Below are positions 1 to 13,349 of a stretch of 64,000 bases of DNA, in pieces. The position numbers and the translations under genes were made by a program. The notes beneath the pieces were generated by a model. The model saw nothing but the letters and a program-made list of their open reading frames with translations. It did not search any database and was not told where the DNA came from. This DNA comes from Octopus sinensis (Eukaryota). The DNA is taken from contig NC_043005.1 in the NCBI RefSeq assembly GCF_006345805.1, positions 26,474,001 to 26,538,000 on the forward strand. The letters run 5' to 3'. Position 1 is the first letter of the stretch; each line of letters opens with the position of its first letter.

Positions 1-1085
1 TCAGGATTGCTGAAAACAGAGCAATATTGTTTCTGCAGCATCTCTCTCCCATAGTTTGGCGTTGTCTTGAAGGGTGCCATTTTCATCGGAGGGCCAACAA
101 TAGAGCCAGAGACTTTGTGTTTTTTGCAAATGAAAAGAACACTTTGGGATTAAGTTTGATCTTCTCAGTGGCCCAGGCCTCTTCAGCTCTTCTCTGACTA
201 TTGATGATAGACATCATGTTGTTTTGGAGGTTATGTTTTTTAATCTCTAGTGATGTGATGGCAGTCAGGTTGGTGTGTTGCTGTTGACAGTATTTCAGCT
301 TGTTGATTTTTTTGTTAGTTCTTTTAATTTTCCTGATGAGTGTTTTTCTATTTCTAGGGATTCTGCACTTAGATTTATTTACAGATCTTAATGGGTTGTG
401 TTTTGCACATATGTTTGTTATGGTGTCTACAAATGACTGCCAGGAGTTTTTTGGTGTTAGTGGGTGTGTATGTGTGCGTGAAGAACCAGTCCACATGTGC
501 AAGATCATGACAGATCGCTTCCCAGTTTGCGTTGCGAAAATCCATAGTGTCAAATGGATGGACAGGAGGGGCGACATTTGTTTTGCATTTTGGCCAGTGA
601 AATCTCAGATCACAGAGAACCATGTCATGATCAGAGAGTAGAGTTTTCTCCGCTGCAATATTGTGGATAGTGTCAGTGTGATTGCTGAAAATTAGGTCTA
701 GGACGTTTTTGAGACATCTCGTTGGTTCGAGCACCAGTTGGGACAGGAAGAAATCATCCATGAAGTAAAAAAGCGATTCCGCTGCCTCCCTGTCAGAGGT
801 TGAGACATAAGAACCTGGCGGCAGACTGTTTGTAGACCAATCAACCCCGGGGAGGTTGAAGTCACCCCATCATTAAGATGTCAGGTTGACACTGCTGGAT
901 GAAACACTTTATGTTGCTGAGGCATTCCTTGAAGCATAGTAGGTGCGTTTGGGGTGGCCTGTAGAGCCCAACTACTATCCATTAGAAAATATGTTCATAG
1001 CCTCCGTTGAGAAAGAATTATAAACATACATGGCAGTCCCACCCTTTCTTCTGCCAGCACGATGTTGGTTCTACTCTCATGCGTT
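1..1085 (-). mobile_element. Degenerate CR1/L2-like LINE ORF2 relic (apurinic-like endonuclease domain and linker), running off the window start
   Basis: Minus-strand frames give EEP-domain motifs in the right order: LYRPP (952-966), GDFNLPGVDW (~838-867), PTR..NVLDLIF and SDH (ORF 375-761), followed by NPKVFFSFAK and QKQYCSVFS-like linker motifs. Frameshifted. Confidence 0.8.
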
Positions 1086-1626
1086 AATCTGTATATTGAA
1101 AGAGTTACTCTTTGACCAAAAGACGGGTCGACCTAAAGATAAAGAAAGCTGTTTGGTTTTCTGTATTAATATTCTTCGCAACTAAATTAGGTCAAACAAA
1201 AACAGGATTTCTTATCTCTATTCAACTGCGATCGATGAATTCCCCGAGAAAGATCAAGAGGTCAGCTTATTTTCGTTAATCTCTTGGTGCAAAAGGCTAG
1301 AACAATTGGCCGAGGATTTGTCTCTGAAACTGTGGATTAAGTTTCGAATTCTAGCTTAGGAAGTTGGTAGCTATTCGCTACATATATACATACATACATT
1401 TATATATATATACATATATATTTGTACTGTACATAATCTATACATGTATATCTTGTACAAAGCTTTGTTATGAAAGAAGGTGACGGCAACTGGCTCCTGG
1501 ATGGTTTGAATTAGAGGATTAACAGAGTAATGTTGGATAAACTAATCCGCAGAAATATCTAAATGCTTTTTTTATTACTTGTTTATACTTATGATTTTAG
1601 CTTTCTTTTCTCTCTGTCTCCATTTA

Positions 1627-1746
1627 TGTGTGTGTGTTTGCGTGTGTATATCTGAGTGTGTGTGTGTGTGTGTATGTGTGTGTGTGTGTGCGTGTGTATG
1701 TGTGTGAGCGCGTGTGTGTGAGTGTTTGTGTGCGCGTGTGCGTGCG
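1627..1746. repeat. (TG)n microsatellite
   Basis: Direct reading. Confidence 0.95.
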
Positions 1747-2454
1747 TTTTAGATTGTCGATTAACAGAATCTTTAGACCATTAGACAAGTACATAGTGAT
1801 ATTTGGCTTGGCTCTTCAGGTTCAAACCTCGCCGATGTCAGCTTTACCTTTCATCCTTTCAGGGTTGATAAAATAAAGTTCCAGTTCAAAGCAGTGGAAT
1901 GGTGAAATTGCTAAACTGTAGGACAACATGCTTAGTGTTCTTTCGGCGGAGGTCTGGAATATTCGCCCACATAAGCTGATTTTTTTCCCGTTTTGACGGG
2001 GATTTTTCATATATTTTTCACCACAAACTTCAAAACAATGGGGAGATAGAAGCTTCTTATGAAAAAGAATTTTGAAAATTTATGCTTCCCCTCCGTCACT
2101 CCTTCTCGAGGCCCTCAGAAGGGACATTTCCCAATGATTTTGTAATCCGCACTTAAAAACTTTGGGAGAAACCATTTAAAAAAAAATAGAATTGCTAGAA
2201 TCTATACAAATGCATTATTTTGGAAATCCCCGCTCCCGCGTCACGTGCCCTCATAGAATGAGAGAAATAATCCACGTTTTTGTTTGTAAAATCATTAATA
2301 TTCGTACCTACCCAACCCACGACCGAATCAAGATGAAGTGGACTAAGCAGAACAAGAAGAGACACGTGGGATGGGGAGTCGTTGAAGAGGTCACAGGAGG
2401 TGAGACGAAAGAGCTTTGACAAAGAAACTAAAATGATGATAATAATCCTTTCTA

Positions 2455-2585
2455 CTGTAAGGACAAGGCCTGAAATTTTTTTGGTGGTGGTGGGGGGGAC
2501 TAATCGATTACATCGACCCGAGTGTTTCACCGGTACTTAGTTTATCGACCCCCGAAAGGATGAAAGGCGAAGTCGACCTCGAAAG
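2455..2585 (-). mobile_element. SINE family B fragment
   Basis: Matches the recurrent core GATTACATCGACCC...TTTATCGACCCCGAAAGGATGAAAGGC.AAGTCGACCTC seen in the full copy at 63358-63588. Confidence 0.8.
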
Positions 2586-2644
2586 ATGAAGTATAGACCA
2601 AACAGTGCGTGTGTTTAATAGGCAAAATCTGACCATCTCCTAGT

Positions 2645-2795
2645 AAAACTGTGTGGTAAGTAGCTTGCTTACCAGCCACATTGTTCCAGGTTCAGTCCCA
2701 CTGCGTGGCACCTTGGGCAAGTGTCTTCTATTATAGCCTCGAGCCGACCAAAGCTTTGTGAGTGGATTTAGTAGGCAGAAACTGAAAGAAGCCGT
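2645..2795 (+). mobile_element. SINE family A, 5' (tRNA-like head) fragment
   Basis: TGTGTGGTAAGTAGCTTGCTTACC...GGTTCAGTCCCACTGCGTGGCACCTTGGGCAAGTG, the same head as the full copies. Confidence 0.85.
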
Positions 2796-2907
2796 AAAAT
2801 TGCTTCGCTTCACTGTACTTAATTTACATGTATCATTTTGAGTTGGTGTTGGAAAAAAAAATTCATAAATATAGGGCGAATATGGTTTCACTATTGTATG
2901 AATTTAC

Positions 2908-3490
2908 TATCGGTACGTTTTGGTTATCTTACCCCCATTAAAAAATTGGTTAATTTCCCCCATTTTATGAAAAAAATCGGTACTTCTGCTTATCTCCCCC
3001 AACTAAAAAAATTGTTTAAGCCTCAATAAAACAAAGAAAAAAAAGTGAAAAAGTTAATAAACAAGAAAGCGAAAAAAATAAAAAGGAAAGCTGAAAAGAT
3101 TAAGCATCTTATTGAATCTGTAGTGACTTTATGCAGGCATGGCGTGGATTCGATCCTCGATCACCAAATTTCACTTAGCAGTTCAACAACACTTTTCTCA
3201 CGGTAGAATAATAGTGTTTCTGTGAGTGACAGTAGTTACGTTTACCAGATGCCTTCTTGGCGATCGAGGATCGAATCCACGCCATGCTTGCATGAAGCCA
3301 CTACAAATTTAATAACATTTTTATAAAGGGGCCAAACGTCCACAATGTGTTGAAGTATTGAATCAAAAGGATCTAATCCTTTTAATTTAATCTCTTGACG
3401 CCACATAAACTCCATTTTTTGGTGGGGAGATAACCTAATGTTTTAATGGCAAATTTTTAATGGTGGTGAGATAACGAAAAAGTACCGATA
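2908..3490. mobile_element. Fold-back element with ~41-bp terminal inverted repeats and subterminal repeats
   Basis: 2908-2948 (TATCGGTACGTTTTGGTTATCTTACCCCCATTAAAAAATTG) is an imperfect reverse complement of 3450-3490. A second related pair lies at ~2975-3012 and ~3412-3435. Confidence 0.65.
3109..3315. mobile_element. MITE-like hairpin with 59-bp arms
   Basis: 3109-3167 and 3257-3315 are reverse complements with 6 mismatches, all transitions; spacer is 89 bp. Confidence 0.8.
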
Positions 3491-3635
3491 TTTCTTTCCT
3501 TGCGTTAAAAACAATAATGTTTAATTTCTGCTTTAAAAAAGGGTGGGGGCAGAATTGTAATGGCGATTGCTATGCTGAGGGCGGTACTGGTGGTGCTGGT
3601 AGTGGATAATTCCAAAATAATAAATTTTAATTATG

Positions 3636-3800
3636 TACATTTGACGGATATTTGTCCTCATCTTGTTTGTTGTCAACACAAAGTTTCGACTGATACACCC
3701 CCCAGCCTTCATCAGGTGTCTTGGGGAAATTTCGAACGTGGGTTCTCATTCCTAAGGTATTTTTCAATGTTATTATTATTAATTATTGTTGTTGTTGTTA

Positions 3801-3857
<57 letters not shown>

Positions 3858-3954
3858 TTCGAAATTTCCCCAAGACACCTGATGAAGGCTGGAGGGTATA
3901 TCAACCGAAACGTTGTGTTAACAACAAGATGAGGACAAATATCCGTCAAATGTA
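3636..3954. mobile_element. Fold-back element with ~100-bp arms around an (ATT)n spacer; each arm carries a Penelope-type CTGATGA...GAAAC motif
   Basis: 3636-3737 and 3857-3954 are near-perfect reverse complements; the spacer contains (ATT)n. Confidence 0.8.
3875..3918 (+). ncRNA. Minimal type-I hammerhead-like motif
   Basis: ACAC-CTGATGA-A-GGCTG(loop)CAACC-GAAA-CG-T-T-GTGT: stem I ACAC/GTGT, canonical core with one extra A, stem II with one mismatch, palindromic ACGT stem III, GUU triplet. Confidence 0.55.
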
Positions 3955-4114
3955 AATAATGTAATATTTCCTCATCTCTTAAATATAGAACTGTAATTAT
4001 TTTTCATGGCTTTCAACGAATACTAAGTTATTTCACTCATTCTGTGACAAAAATAACGCTTATTAAAATTTGTTCCCTTAAAAATTTTATTCCCGTCATT
4101 TTGAAGTGAATAGT

Positions 4115-4302
4115 CTTTTACTTGTTTCAGTCATTTGATTGTGGCCATGCTGGAGCACCGCCTTTAGTCGAGCAATTCTTTGTAAGCTTAGTACTTATTC
4201 TACCAGTCGCTTTTGCCGAACCGCTAAGTTACGGGGACGTAAACACACCAGCATCGGTTGTCAACCGATGTTGGGAGACAAACACACAAACATACTAACA
4301 CA

Positions 4303-4336
<34 letters not shown>

Positions 4337-4512
4337 TAAATATATATACGGCGGCCTTCTTTCAGTTTCCGTCTACCAAATCCATTCAAATGGCTTTGGT
4401 TAGCCCGTGGCTATAGTAGAAGACACTTGCCCAAGGTGCCACGCAGTGGGACAGAACCCGGAACCATGTGGTTGGTAAGCAACCTACTTACCACACAGCC
4501 ACTCCTACGCCT
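4115..4512 (-). mobile_element. SINE family A, full length
   Basis: Head with A-box (TGGCTGTGTGG) and B-box-like (GGTTC.GTCCC) motifs, a CCTTGGGCAAG core, an internal (TA)/(TG) microsatellite and the GACTGAAACAAGTAAAAG tail. Confidence 0.92.
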
Positions 4513-5777
4513 ATGAATGATGCAAAAAAAAAAAATGGAAAACTGAAAAATCCCCGCTAACACGGAGAAAATCCGACATTCCTATGTGGCTGAGCTATTC
4601 CAGAGCTCCTTCCCGAATGAACTTAATGTTGCTTGTATTGTCGCTGTATAAGCGCAATATTTTACTGCTACTACCAACATTGTCAACAGATCATATGACA
4701 GTTCCCACGTCGACCAAATGTTTGTGTTGTTTTCGCTAATGGTTAGAGGAAACATGTTGTAATTAAAGAATTAAGGAGTGGGTTTCACGTTTCTTGAAAA
4801 AAAAAAAATAAATAAATAAAAAAGAAAAGGTGTGATGCATTGGTCCCTTTGATGAGAGAGGAAGATAATAAACCCACTTCCGCTGTGTTGTGGGATTGTG
4901 GGATACTTTGTAAAGGTCAATGTACCGAATGACAAACGATTCGTGTTTTGTAGCTGAGAGAAAATTTATGAACCCGAAGTGTGCGTGTGTCAGTGCGTAC
5001 GGTGGTGTGTGTGGGGGGTGGTGGTTGGCAGTGCTTCTGTGATATGTGTGTGCCTGCGTGTGTGTGTAATGTCTTTGTGTTTGTATGTGTGAGTACGTGT
5101 ATGTGTAAATTTGTGGTGTGTGTGTGTGCATATGTGTATGTGATGTGATTGTGGCAGTGTTTCTGTGATTCTATGCATGTGTGTGTGCGTGTGTGTGTCT
5201 TTGTATACATGTATATTTGAGCTTGCATGGATGCGTGTCTGTCTGTGAGTGATAGCATGTTTGTGTTAGTATATGCTTGTTAATGTGTGTGTATGCTTGC
5301 GTGCATGTGTAAATGTGGACGTGTGTATGAATGTTTGTGTTTGTGTGAGTATACATGCGTGTAAGTGTTGGTGTGCGCTTAGAAAGACTATAAGTTTATA
5401 TCTGTGTGTTATCTTCCTTAAGAAATAACGGGAGTCACTCTGAATTTGAACTCATAACCTGTATGTAAGAAGAGAGCAGGATAACCTTTGTCTCATTGGT
5501 TTAGTCAAGGGAGAAGAGCTCAGCAGGCATAACCCCTTTTTCAGTGCCTCCGAGAATCATTGTAAGAGACCTGGCTTTTAATTCTTGTAACCCCGTTAAT
5601 ACGCCAGAAACATCCAAGGGTCAAGCGAAAGTGTTAAAGTGGATGAGAAATTAAATCAATCCCTGTCAGTTATTTCAATCTAGTTTAGAAATTTTCACCT
5701 GCAATCAGAGTTAATGAACTTAAAGATGCAATTCAGGCCCAAGGAAAAAGAAAATACATATATAAATATAAAATGAA

Positions 5778-5926
5778 AATGGTTAAGAAGTTCGCTTTGC
5801 AGCCATGTTGCTTCAGGTTCAATCCCAGCGTGTGGCACATTGGGCAAGTGCAGTCTACTAAAGTTCCTGCCAACAAAAGCCTCGTGAGTAAATTTGGTAG
5901 ACGGAAACTGTGCGAAAGCCCGTCGC
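5778..5926 (+). mobile_element. SINE family A, diverged head fragment
   Basis: GGTTCAATCCC...GGCACATTGGGCAAGTG...TTTGGTAGACGGAAACTG. Confidence 0.75.
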
Positions 5927-5954
5927 ATATATATATATATATATATGTACACAT

Positions 5955-6353
5955 CTTTTACTCTCTTTTACTTATTTCAGTCATTTGACTGCGGCCATGC
6001 TGGAGCACCGCCTTTAGTCGAGCAACTCGACCTCGGGACTTATTCTTTGTAAGCCCAGTACTTATTCTATCGGTCTCTTTTGCCGAACCGCTAAGTTACG
6101 GGGACATAAACACACCAGCATCGGTTGTCAAGCAATGCTAGGAGGACCGACAGACACACAAACATACACGCACACACATATATATATACATATATACGAC
6201 GGGCTTCTTTCAGTTTCCGTCTACCAAATCTACTCACAAGGCTTTGGTCGGCCCGAGGCTATAGTAGAAGACACTTGCCCAAGGTGCCACGCAGTGGGAC
6301 TGAACCCGGAACCATGTGATTGGTAAGCAAGCTACTTACCACACAGCCACTCC
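5955..6353 (-). mobile_element. SINE family A, full length
   Basis: Same architecture as 4115-4512. Confidence 0.92.
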
Positions 6354-6489
6354 ATAAAGGGTAAAAAATTTAATAAATAACAAAATTTTACCAAGTAGCT
6401 TCGGTATAGAAAAAAACCATTATCGCTAAAAACTTATATAAAGAGTTTTTTTATAATTATAAATATAATTAAGGGTTTTGCAAAAAGTT

Positions 6490-6840
6490 GCTTCACCACA
6501 TACTGAAAAATTTAGAAATAGCAGCCAAGTCCGACTACAAATATAACTCCACGGACAGCAATGCTCGTAACCCACATAGGCAAACAAGAAGAAAAAAATA
6601 ACGGTTTAGCATTTTCAAACTTATAATATTGAAATATCATACCGAGGAGTGGAAATGAATTTTAAAATTCTAATCTCGAAACGCGTACATGATTAATCAA
6701 ATGACTGGTTATTTTCGTTATTTTTTCTTCTTGTTTGTCTATGTGGGTTACGAGCATTGCTATCTGTGGAGTTACATTTGTAGCTAAAGGAATTAGTCGG
6801 TCTTGGCTGCTATTTCTAAATTTTCGGTATGTGGTAAAGC
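6490..6840. mobile_element. Fold-back element with ~115-bp arms
   Basis: 6490-6603 and 6716-6840 are reverse complements (the right arm has a short insertion); spacer is ~112 bp. Confidence 0.8.
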
Positions 6841-6844
6841 CTTA

Positions 6845-6914
<70 letters not shown>

Positions 6915-6983
6915 TCGAAATTGCGAGGATAATCTGGTGCTTGACTGAGAAAGAAAACTTCGAATGAACGTATTTTTGCTGAT

Positions 6984-7149
6984 AGGCGTAGGAGTGGCTG
7001 CGTGGTAAGTAGCTTGCTTATCAGCCACATGGTTCCGGGTTCAGTCCCACTGCGTGGCACCTTGGGCAAGTGTCTTTTACTATAGCCTCGGGCCGACCAA
7101 AGCCTTGTGAGTGGATTTGGTAGACGGAAACTGAAAGAAGTCCGTCATA

Positions 7150-7211
<62 letters not shown>

Positions 7212-7340
7212 GGTGTGTGCGTGCGCGTGTGTGTGTATGTGTGTGTATATGTTTGTGTGTCTGTGTTTGTCCCCCCAACATCGCTTGACAACCGATGCTT
7301 GTGAGTTTACGTCCCCGTAACTTAGCGGTTCGGCAAAAGG
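6984..7340 (+). mobile_element. SINE family A, 3'-truncated
   Basis: Starts AGGCGTAGGAGTGGCTG and ends at CGGTTCGGCAAAAG. Confidence 0.9.
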
Positions 7341-7344
7341 TACT

Positions 7345-7398
7345 AGGTACGGTGGCTGTGCTAGGTACGGTGGCTGTGCTGGGTACGGTGGCTGTGCC
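7345..7398. repeat. 18-bp minisatellite x3 (AGGTACGGTGGCTGTGCT)
   Basis: Direct head-to-tail units with no spacers. Confidence 0.9.
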
Positions 7399-7739
7399 AA
7401 GGTACTTGCCTTGAAGTACTTACTTGCCACGCTAGACGCGGAAAGGATTAAGGCGTGTGTTCTGCTTCCTCTTTTATTGTCTCTTTTGAAGAAAACAAAA
7501 ATAATAACTATGTCCGTAACGTTGCGAAGGTCTCTTGGTGCAGAAAAGGAGATGAGAATAAGAGAGAGAGAGAGAGGAGAGAGAGATTAGCCGTCATGCA
7601 GTGGGGGATTTAGAAGGAAGCAGCGAATAGTTCAGTCACAGTAAGGTCATCATTATTATTCGCCTGGGAAGGTTAAGTGAATCATCAAAAGGAGGAATGT
7701 GGAGGTTGCCGAAAAGCGAGGGGAAGCTGGAAGAAGTTA

Positions 7740-8150
7740 ATTCATAAACACAGCGGGGCATCGCAGGTTTCGGCATTAAGTCGTAAATACTTTAACACCT
7801 GTTCCAGCGGTATTATTACAGCTTGTTTGCTAGGTGTCATGTCGGACAATGGAAGTAGTTGGCTGTATAAGGTGTTTTAGCTGATGGTGTTGAGTACGAT
7901 AGATGCGATGTTCGTCTGTGTAAAGTGTTACGAACGGTAGTTGTATTGGCTGTCTAGGTACGATAACTGCTCTAACCCGATTGTGTTGGCTGGTTGTAAT
8001 TAGCTGGTCATGTCAGGTGCAATAGCTGTGTGAGCTGACTGTTAGGCATAGTGGAAGCGTTGGTTGGTTGTATTAAATGTGATAACTGTGTTGAATAGCT
8101 GTGCTAGTTGGCTCTTCGTGTTAGTTTTGATATCTGTGTTGGCAACTGTG
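7740..8150 (-). mobile_element. Possible Ty3/Gypsy gag relic
   Basis: Minus-strand fragments SQLAQLF...TTNQRFHYA (8045-8116) and QLLPLSDMTPS (~7829-7862) resemble the Q.EA.F...T.FHYV and QLL...L.D.TPSQ motifs of invertebrate Gypsy gag; interrupted by stops. Confidence 0.4.
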
Positions 8151-8161
8151 TTAGGTATATT

Positions 8162-8445
8162 CTTTTCTACTCTAGGCACAAGGCCCGAAATTTTGGGGGG
8201 AGGGAGTCAGTCGATTCGATCAAACCCAGTACGAAATTGGTACTTAATTTATCGACCTCGAAAAACGTCAACCTCGGCGGAATTTGAACTCAGAACGTAA
8301 AGACAGACGAAATACATTTTTCTTTACTACCCACAGAGGGGACAAACAAAGACAGACAAACGGATTAAGTCGATTACATCGATTACGCACTGGTGCGTAA
8401 CTGGTATTTAATTTATCGACCACGAAAGGATGAAAGGCAAAGGTT
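8162..8445 (-). mobile_element. SINE family B, partial tandem dimer
   Basis: Two core copies joined at GACGAAATAC/ATTTTTCTTTAC (~8315). Confidence 0.85.
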
Positions 8446-9481
8446 AATTCTATTCATAAAAATTTTAATTTAGAGTACTTCTTAAACCGTTAGCTTCAAA
8501 TTTCAACAGCTTAACTGAAATTTAGCCCACGTAACAGGAATTGGGAGGGATATAGTGAAACAGAGAAACTGTGGCTGATAAAGATAATTTGACATTATTT
8601 TTTAATTCTGCATGCCAAAACGTATAAGATACAGGTATTCTTTTCCTTGGGACAAATTCTTTGGTGACCGGTGTTATTCTTATCGTAGTTTATAAATCCA
8701 AGCATGATAACGTTACTCAACTTTAGAGTTTTGGAGACAGAACCCCACTCTTTTCACATACACTCACAATGAAGAGACAAAAGAAACAGTAAGATGATAC
8801 ATGTTTTTTTATTAGGTATTTCTGTTTATTTAAAAATCTGCAATGAACAGGTCAGACGCTAAACTACAAATTTCACAGGATACAACCTTAAAGTTGACAC
8901 CGCTCCGCTAAACGCAGAAAATTTCTGTCTCGCTATTGGCTGTAAATACAGTTTTTCGATTTTTAAACCTCTGTAACTTTTTTCTCCAGTTGTTTTTTCT
9001 CCACATCATACCTTCAAAGCAATGAAACTGAAAGACTACATTATCATAGCCCATTTTCAGATATTTTTTTTTTACTTCCTTTTAAAATATGCATATTTTG
9101 CGAATGAAAAATACTAGATCCGTGTCGTGTGCTGGTGAATCCTGGTACAAGAATCACTTCTGAGCTCCTTCCTCCTTTTACGTTGAGTTGAGTTAAAATT
9201 GGATACTTAAAAAATTATCAAACATTTTCTGCAGCGATGTAACATAATGGCTCATGTTTCAGAAACGGAAAACTGTGTATATATGCTTCATTTATAAATA
9301 AATTATTGTCACTGTTATTATTGGTAGAATCATGATCACGCCGGACAAAGCGATTACCAGCATTTCCTTTGCGCTTTGACTTCAATACTACATGAGGTCG
9401 ACTTAGCGTTTTATCCTCACGGGCTTGATAAAATAAGATACTGAGGGTCGATGTAATCGACTCTCTTTCTCTTTTTTCCTC

Positions 9482-9876
9482 TTTTTTACTTGTTTCAGTC
9501 ATTTGACTGCGGCCATGCTGGAGCACCGCCTTTTAGTCGAGCAAATCGACCGCAGGTCTTATTCTTTGTAAGCCAAGTACTTATTCTATCGGTCTCTTTT
9601 GCCGAACCGCTAAGTAACGGGGACGTAAACATACCAGCATCGATTGTCAAGTGATGTTGGGGGACAAACACAGACACACAAACACATATATATATATATA
9701 CATATGTATATATACGACAGGCTTCTTTCAGTTTCTGTCTACCAAATCCACTCACAAGGCTTTGGTCGGCCCGAGGTTATAGTAGAAGACACTTTCCCAA
9801 GGTGCCACGCAGTGGGACTGAACCCGGAACCGTGTGGTTGGTAAGCAGGCTACTTACCACACAGCCACTCCTGCGA
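9482..9876 (-). mobile_element. SINE family A, full length
   Basis: Same architecture as the other family A copies. Confidence 0.92.
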
Positions 9877-10061
9877 CTATCATCCTTCCCTCAAATTACT
9901 GACCTCGTCCCAAAATTAGAATTGTTGTTGTAAATCGTTATTTTAAAATTAAATTTGATTAGCTTTTACAACTCAACGCAAAAATTTAATTAAAGTGCAA
10001 AGCGATGTTTCACATATTCTGAAAATATGGCTGCTATTAAAATCAGCTGAGAAGTACTTCC

Positions 10062-10157
10062 TTATAAATCATCAGAGAGTTCTAAACGATTGTAACTGTT
10101 CTGTTTAACAACATCTGTTTTTAGTGTTTGGAAACATGATAAATATTCATGAGACAT
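10062..10157 (-). CDS. Candidate terminal coding exon (MSHEYLSCFQTLKTDVVKQNSYNRLELSDDL*), unknown product
   Basis: Strong acceptor TTTTTTTTTCTGTTACTTCAG before 10157, and phase 0 stays open longest (31 codons). No recognisable homology. Confidence 0.2.
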   Translation of the reverse strand: MSHEYLSCFQTLKTDVVKQNSYNRLELSDDL

Positions 10158-10542
10158 CTGAAGTAACAGAAAAAAAAATATTTTATACTCAATAATTATT
10201 GTACAATGTTATCTTCTAACAGCTTACGACACAACATGTACACACTCACACGTACACACGCATGGCGAGATAGTATCTCTTCCGGCTCTAAATCCAAGTA
10301 CCAATCGGGATTTTTTTAAACGATATATAATGATATTTCCAGTTAACACTTGAAAATTCGTCGAACACACACACAATTGGATTGCCATTAAAGGAACTTA
10401 GCGATTCCGATTAAACTGAAATCGTGTTTATTTATATGAGAATATATATATATCTGGCTTCAATCATGTCGCTTTGTTAGCGACCGGCTTGGACTCTCTT
10501 AGGAAGAACATAAATGAAGGACAAAAATAAAAAATATTCCCA

Positions 10543-11620
<1,078 letters not shown>

Positions 11621-11714
11621 TTTGTAGTGGGATGGGGTGTGTGCGTATTGTATGTATGATGTACGTGTAATGTATGTGTGTATGTGTCGTTTAATAAGTA
11701 ATATATGTATAATG

Positions 11715-12055
11715 GCTGTCTGCTCCTTGCAGAGCCTGACCTTTCACTTCTTGCACTTGTAATTGCTCTTTCCTAAGCATGACACTTTAAATGTCTTTCG
11801 ATCATACACTGCAGCAATGTCTCATTTCAGCTTTGGCTCCATTTCTCCGCTTGTTTACTATGGAATATTCAAGTGTTGCTCCGATCCTCTGCGTGACTTC
11901 CAGGTTTCTTGACAGATCTTGCACTGCAATTGGCCAACCGGAATGAAATTCCAATGGTTCACGAACGCCTTACCCACATGGCCACCCCGGCTCGTAGTAG
12001 AGACTGGAATCTGCAGCTTGGCTAAGGCGAGACTGGTCAGGGAGATGGCAAACTT
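11715..12055 (-). mobile_element. Possible piggyBac-like transposase C-terminal cysteine-rich relic
   Basis: Minus strand gives RHCCSV...NYKCKK*KVRLCK (11727-11764), resembling the C..C...Y.C..C.V.LC cysteine-rich domain; broken by stops. Confidence 0.35.
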
Positions 12056-12061
12056 TGAAAT

Positions 12062-12073
12062 ACACACACGCAG

Positions 12074-12143
<70 letters not shown>

Positions 12144-12826
12144 AAACACAACCACATATACATACATACACACACACTCATACAATCACACACACATACA
12201 TACATACATACATACATACATAAATACATATATACATAGCCACATACATAATACACACATATATAGAGACATACTTACACACACATACATACACATATAC
12301 ATTCATGTGTACATACATACACACATACATACATACATGCATACATACACACATACATAAATGCATACATACATACATACATGCATACACACATACATAA
12401 ATACATACATACATGCATACATACATACATACATACATGCATACATACATATATACATACATACATACACACATACATACATACATGCATACATACACAC
12501 ATACATAAATACATACATACATACATACATACATACATGCATACATACATACATACATACATACACACATACATACATTCATACATACATACACACATAC
12601 ATACATACATGCATACATACACACATACATAAATACATACATGCATACATACATACATGCATACAAACATACATACATACATACATACATACATACATAC
12701 ATGCGTACATACACACATACATAAATACATAAATACATACATGCATGCATACATACATACACACATACATACATGCATACATGCATGTATACATATATAC
12801 ATACATACGTACGAACGTACGTACGT
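12062..12826. repeat. (CA)n/(TACA)n microsatellite block
   Basis: Direct reading. Confidence 0.95.
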
Positions 12827-13050
12827 ATTTCAGTCAATTTCTGCGGCCATGCTGGAGCACCGCCCTGAAGGATTTTAGTCGAACAAATCGACCTGAGAAC
12901 TTATTTCTTAAGCCTAGCTTTTATTCCATCAGAATCTTTTGTCGAACAGCTATTTCACGGGGAGGTAAACACACCAGCACCGTTTGTCAAGCAGTGTTGG
13001 GAGAACAAATACTGACACAAAGACACACACACACACACACACACAAACAT

Positions 13051-13096
<46 letters not shown>

Positions 13097-13232
13097 GACG
13101 GGCTTCTTTCAGTTTCCGTCTACTAAATTCACTCACCGAATGCTTTGGTTGGCCAGAGCCTATGGTAGAAGAAGACACTTGCCCAAGGTGCCACGTTGTG
13201 GGATTGAACCCGGAACCATGTGGGTGGGAAGC
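12825..13232 (-). mobile_element. SINE family A, older subfamily
   Basis: Family A architecture with the variant segment CTTAAGCCTAGCTTTTATTCCATCAGAATC, shared with 16040-16250. Confidence 0.85.
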
Positions 13233-13349
13233 AGTGTATGTGTGTGTTAATCAGTTTTATGTCAAGATTTCTTGCCAATAGAGAAAGAACCTGTTTTTAA
13301 CCTACATCAAAGGCTCCTTCATTGGAATTTCAACATCAACAAAAGGGTG

